Shown here: positions 63,101 through 64,000 of the stretch, in pieces
How the letters are laid out: each line of letters opens with the position of its first letter
Numbering within the stretch: position 1 is the first letter of the stretch
DNA from: Candidatus Woesearchaeota archaeon
GTDB taxonomy: Archaea; Nanobdellota; Nanobdellia; SCGC-AAA011-G17; JAGVZF01
NCBI GenBank assembly: GCA_018302805.1
Contig: JAGVZD010000003.1
Coordinates: forward strand, 6,538-70,537
Direction of reading: 5' to 3'
Length of the DNA stretch: 64,000 nucleotides
The notes under the pieces: generated by a model
What the model was told of the DNA's origin: nothing
What the model saw: only the letters and a program-made list of their open reading frames with translations
Databases searched by the model: none
Program-made: the position numbers and the translations under genes

Positions 63101-64000
63101 TCCCACATAACTTCATGGATCAACGGTAAGAATATTGCAACACGTACTACAAATTGTAATGTGGTTCAAATTGGTTGGACACCTATTGCAGAACAGCTAA
63201 ATTATCAATCAAATAATGAGTTTGCAAACTTTAATTTTGGCCCTCACAGAAAGTTAGATTATTTGTTCTATGAAATAAAAGGTGTTGATTTTGCTGACGA
63301 CACAATATATGAAACAGAGCCTGCAATTCAGGTTAATATTACTTCATTTGGAGAAAACGATCATTTAAGAAGACAATATGAGGAACAAATCAATATAACA
63401 TTCAAAAACAATGATGATAACCCAAGAAGTATTGATGTTCTTACATTTGATTTAATCTCAAATAATAAAGTAATTCATCTTCTTACAGACACTGATAAAA
63501 TTATATTTGCTCCAGGACAAATAACCACTAAATCTTACAAAGTTAGAATTCCAAGTGATGTTCCATTAAACTCTGAATTAAGAGTAACTGTAGAATATTT
63601 ATTTGGATTCCCAGATAAATTATGGCTCAGAAATAAAGAATTGAATAACAATGATTTCTTAAGTGAGAATACTACAGATTATTTCTATGGAGATACACTG
63701 CCAACAACAGAATCTAGCTTATACAGAAAACACTTTTTTGTTCCTCCTGACATTACAAGAGCTGAAATGATACTTGGAGACACATCATTTAATACTGAAG
63801 TATATCTTAATGGAGAATTCCAAGGAAAAGGATTTCCAGGATGGTCCCCAATGACAGTATCTGTTGGATTTAAAGAAAGTCAAAACAATTTGCTTTCTAT
63901 AAGTGGAGCAATTCCAGAGACAGAAACACAATTATACAGTGGAAGGTCTTTCACAGGTGGAAAAGTAACTAATGCTGAAGAAGATGTTTTCTTCACTGTT
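51179..64000 (+). CDS. Giant surface protein 2 (over 4,270 aa, C-terminus beyond the window)
   Basis: Frame 2 is open from 51179 to the window end; no frame-2 ORF terminates in this region. Contains an N-terminal TM, five LamG (ConA-like) repeats each followed by a thrombospondin-type-3-like DxDxD/Cys-rich linker, CARDB-like domains and two blocks of FG-GAP/VCBS repeats. Confidence 0.8.
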   Translation, partial: MNLKTFYQDKKGWIKRNPIFLLISLIIVIVTIILFVGFTKADGTCVAPPTGLVSWWPADGNTNDITDGNNGTLRGGTTFATGKVGQAFTLDGIDDYVEVADASNLDITNALTIDAWIYPQAIEAWDRVVYKGEGDSLNNVAYVLGLSANGGVYFGLFQGNSQLYINGGATTILINNWTHIAGTWNGSLMQIYVNGVQQTETQGLTGSINSVNAPLKIGIGASGGSPHAFFGLIDEPGVYNRALNQTEIQSIYDAGTAGKCKVQDTTPPAVLGEPNLTVTLNTATVKFTLNEPSNTTTIYGTISGGPYPNSVSNSYFSTQPYYTLTNLSSSTTYYYKTTFCDQNGNCFTSQELSFSTSILNCAAPPSNLVSWWPGNGISTDIVDGNHGTLMNGATYTTGLVNQAFRFDGVNDYVNINPDFLDGVCQGTIDLWFKRGPWTEGYTTLFTKSNGGSWVNNHIQISRDSTTDYIALTISNNAQSTQNNVRVGPINENIWYHIAMTWSGSNLKGYLNGVEQSSVATTICLPSDSTLVAIGKGAAGTNRYFNGSIDEIEIFNRALNLTEIQSIYNSGSSGICLPDADNDTIYDYSDRCPGTNQQDNTTFEIATGCKQSQVDSNLDGFCNPGINFSTVLCVFSCATPPSNIVSWWPGDGNADDIIDSNSGTLQGGASYSTGLINQAFSFSTNGYAITPSRPVSSLIANTFTIEFWANPGSVSDRPTFGFAGSGVSNSANPVASYDTGLNFGNGAGYQLMQALPNAAANAWTHYVIVDDGSNYRVYVNGVQQYSQAISVNPTSSSNRQFLFGQSGFSSGYEHYFNGKIDEFIIYNRSLNQTEVQSVYSSGLYGKCAPDADNDTIYDVIDNCPLVSNFNQSNSDSIQLGKYPNYSGWSDSRISTCGSQGIMGGYNIFGTGASTSKIFDLPSGTHTLNFTFVKIDSWDSEFARAYVNDIQVWNKQYTPTDGIQICGGGFNWYEIIDPISVQFNHSGGPLVLRFDSTIDGGPTDESWGLDNIRIVGDSFGDACDNCPNVGNQNQNSNVCTDSDNDAVLDSVDYCPSTSQSDTSLFEIATGCKQSQVDTNLDNICNEGLNFATTLCTFACSPILNGLVTLWPAEGTPTDVIDSNHGTIQNSVSYVTGKIGQAFSFSNNAYITTSTYFPTLLNNFSFTLWVKPASTQVTYADIFGNHADGYKGIVLQQDVSNTNSYSWAYGSGSAWLGVPPVPFTANTWQHIAVVKDTNYCYLYVNGVERSRGNCQAPVVPNPNLNFMIARGYTSDRAFNGAIDDFAVFNRTLSVSEIQTIYNSGSGGICKPDNDNDTVPNFQDKCSSTSQSDTSLFELATGCKQSQVDSDLDGICNHGLSFATSLCTASCSIAPTGIASWWPGDGNANDIVDNNTGILQGGATFATGFVNQSFSFDGSNDYIDTGYGRFSSIVDTFTIEFWAYPLATRTATSEATSGATGISGQRYAIFPEHGVYLGGGSNAGAGVSVGTNGISVFEHAANYMPSLLVYNAPISGWNHIAVVYTNKQPKLYLNGQLVRTGLTSTTVVHPGNDIGETGTTYGYYSGLIDEVAVYNRPLSSSEIGQIYGAQAAGKCKTQLPPSAVFLIPNASSSFNLNSTIRWSISDPDSELFTSNVFYNNGTQIVFIDQTASTNLFWDTSLLTEGLYSLLLNVSDGQNSISINSDQFKIDHTSPTITLISPRDNDIRYGGSLQFSFNASDNFDIVLSCSLVIDEQRNLAISAIRGVTTTLTVGNLSEGLHNWKVVCTDSAGLRSESNSNTFTMDNSVPSIEAVNFANTFTGEQVILTVNVTSVRQLSSVQATIPTVAQNGTQINSTISLSFDNNTLLFTGTFAAPPQPGTYISSISAANIIGGVAIQHVPFTILLGVDLVIEPESISILPLTPFTGSITSVTALVKNIGNRDAFNVNVSLSSLGQNLSSVKINVSANGTTTVVLPWDTKGFAGNVQISIRALGIFTESNSSNNIALKTFFVDGHDLSVTSISFIPASPVFSGETVGIIATIRNNINATADSIRVNFYEGTVDLDHLIGFSDIVSINGSTQKTSSINWQTAGLLGNRTIIVEVNPQNFPAEVERTNNRANTTFELTRFVAEQIPDLITFLKTPLLNETNQSIRGITSNDFTGDGKIDFAIVTNSGNLVLYENNITSVSEIGNKNIVVFNRNQIVNLGEFTQGLASADFQFDNFPDIIVGTLSGKVYLFRNTNGIIPQNGEVIFDAGDDVYGLTIGDVDNDNDFDIITGNRIGHVDFFINKGPNTLIFEFNKTITTRDQPYGLTTGDYDLDGHIDMMIGDRLGQLERIVFESNNYNGFLFADIGEFAHGLTTADIDYSGKLDLFALGFNGNINLYYSREGGLVAEPLIVGNKRESSGLSSGDYDRDNDIDLIVGSNTGEITYFENSLRIQKSFSPLASPPLRPIQIFTNFKNPYARQMINVTLQEKLSENLTFVQDSFRVDDLNSADLHFYDTSLDTPQSRYHFYLNLPSTVFVKRCSATGECGGAGSFIYSGTADIIGNSITISNVLDIFNHMQSIYLREGFSLEYIVKSMTPSPQISAKSQINYTLLGLFNTQPTSFLLSDDVSNLNDQLANSKNINPLPYKNDKAFAEALIRIPDFTPIDIIFRNQETIVPGETIIYDVVVQNLNNISINNVNITFFADGNRSLGSQLFNIGAYGTSIIRGPSFTSTFNTPSIKVIVNPGNTEFETNNINNEITEYIGTANATDLAIVNIISDKLIYQEGEQISFNVTVRNVGTEPNSFGSVEIKEHFRGDCGGVPDNLKLSCIVSNDTQIPPGGFCDHGMTSSNSNTGSINPGEEKSLLFNYRLGNYKARSQGNYFISAILGNINGRSSNIDSSLINNVKFTQEPIEVLPSPIDLQLDYDLPPFVCGLENLHPLSLSILNESTVQITYDQFNNGGQDINTPFDTLLYLDNNDSIPLARVTTSFIMNHSSKTEVKQFYLTNLTPGDHRIYLYLDYGQSQEQSTARAVSDQGFELTASIPGIVGEGETTTLLIAPINNGSSISLIRNEIEVRSAGFTLQVIPHSINYVIIKKNNNQPILTIGDLVEVITNGGLNSSNAPIDLSNFISIDATSANLTDMLHNKSYKLSIPGSLTESIESIRHKNYVDFRWKEIIASDLLINPSFAAPRDLVTISASISNDADFPSGEFTVKLVIDGIVQDQRLLSLGAGESQPVSFTYIIPTSAVLSHDIKIIADSENVILGEDESNNLVESSIAISADYELNILSRENGINKLSTFAFVDNNFVSQPIGYETVNMEYDAAPYFFDYDSDGDLDLLVGSLDGKIYSYENKGGSIFEETTWENLENVPQQIIINAQNQGNLVSRISTLDTGARSVPRFININGDNYPELVIGDAHGRLRMYQKLSLFVPGIGIRSLWNLTNLNILNNHNLKLTKVVPAFADLDADGDSDLILGDSSGLLRGFERTNQNNTLFSPIDWGLNGISSDGNSAPFLFDLNGDNDYDLIIGSHSDITIYENIGNASQPSWQLSATITNLTSNNTDFIPALAFAQGIKMVLGSNNPQQMDLRKGYFEPVGVQVINYAQNEMELNRISLFAKDRISGALITYLFQDGPFEKRLLNPRSFNCADPIDVIFSGYRIKAVDALEKEYKINIPSDLPSNVELSARADKVENVNPPYFYIYGEGGCGPTTYLGGVKGAPIYTLNPQLNLNTFDIFVNENEIYEMSGSYKVFINNTLVHEQICDADKFCPIFGLIPNQINTISGGGEIIRHSIEEKSLFDIVEATQPPLELRIENAFGLEIKPSYIEEIVVSLKNNNRRDFEIDRISLELINNDTIVDLFTDTNAFSITPNEKVFKSYNVLIPVGISPDSTLVARAIEKNSFADNQYSRNSISEILPEPIENDPLTIISDLSPNAIYNSSSVNPIIDEQVLGGYQYPYLVDYCNVCGTQRPFECTKANNNFLKKQSWISQTVYKAEYQLLMRQTCEPGCFDEKSHITSWINGKNIATRTTNCNVVQIGWTPIAEQLNYQSNNEFANFNFGPHRKLDYLFYEIKGVDFADDTIYETEPAIQVNITSFGENDHLRRQYEEQINITFKNNDDNPRSIDVLTFDLISNNKVIHLLTDTDKIIFAPGQITTKSYKVRIPSDVPLNSELRVTVEYLFGFPDKLWLRNKELNNNDFLSENTTDYFYGDTLPTTESSLYRKHFFVPPDITRAEMILGDTSFNTEVYLNGEFQGKGFPGWSPMTVSVGFKESQNNLLSISGAIPETETQLYSGRSFTGGKVTNAEEDVFFTV

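Overview
This is a 64-kb window of AT-rich (about 29% GC by eye) archaeal chromosome. The archaeal assignment rests on an L21e-Rpo4-DUF655 cluster, an S13-S4-S11 ... Rpo3 operon, and genes for TrmB, a GatE-like protein, Bud32, PolX, SRP54 and FtsY. Short genes, scarce Shine-Dalgarno motifs and giant surface proteins suggest a DPANN-like or other small-genome archaeon, but that is inference.

Recognisable housekeeping genes:
- msrB and msrA, an NAD-dependent epimerase, and a VapBC-like PIN toxin/antitoxin pair.
- A TrmB regulator, a GatE-like amidotransferase subunit, the TldD/PmbA pair, a translin and an SPL-like radical SAM protein.
- An APC permease, Bud32, a MazG-like protein, a C45 peptidase, a GNAT acetyltransferase, SRP54 and an MFS transporter.
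- ftsY, which carries a frameshift.
- PolX, a PurM-like protein, an MTAP-APRT fusion, endonuclease III, a NUDIX hydrolase and an Na+/H+ antiporter.
- Ribosomal protein and RNA polymerase subunit genes.

Four regions stand out:
1. A compact six-gene operon (6.5-9.5 kb) of foreign composition, about 40% GC, with bacterial-type SD sites and a re-used GGTAAATAA(A/G)AATG initiation motif. It encodes six proteins with no recognisable motifs. It sits beside a VapBC pair and is divergent from trmB. This is the best candidate for an undescribed system.
2. A roughly 2.8-kb insertion between rps11 and rpoD carrying a LAGLIDADG-like ORF.
3. Two tandem giant surface-protein genes, 2,810 aa and more than 4,270 aa (the second runs off the window). 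They contain an alkaline-phosphatase-superfamily core, five LamG repeats with thrombospondin-type-3 linkers, CARDB/Ig and cadherin-like domains, and FG-GAP repeats.
4. GC-rich structured non-coding elements at about 784-839, 1200-1290 and 42560-42743.
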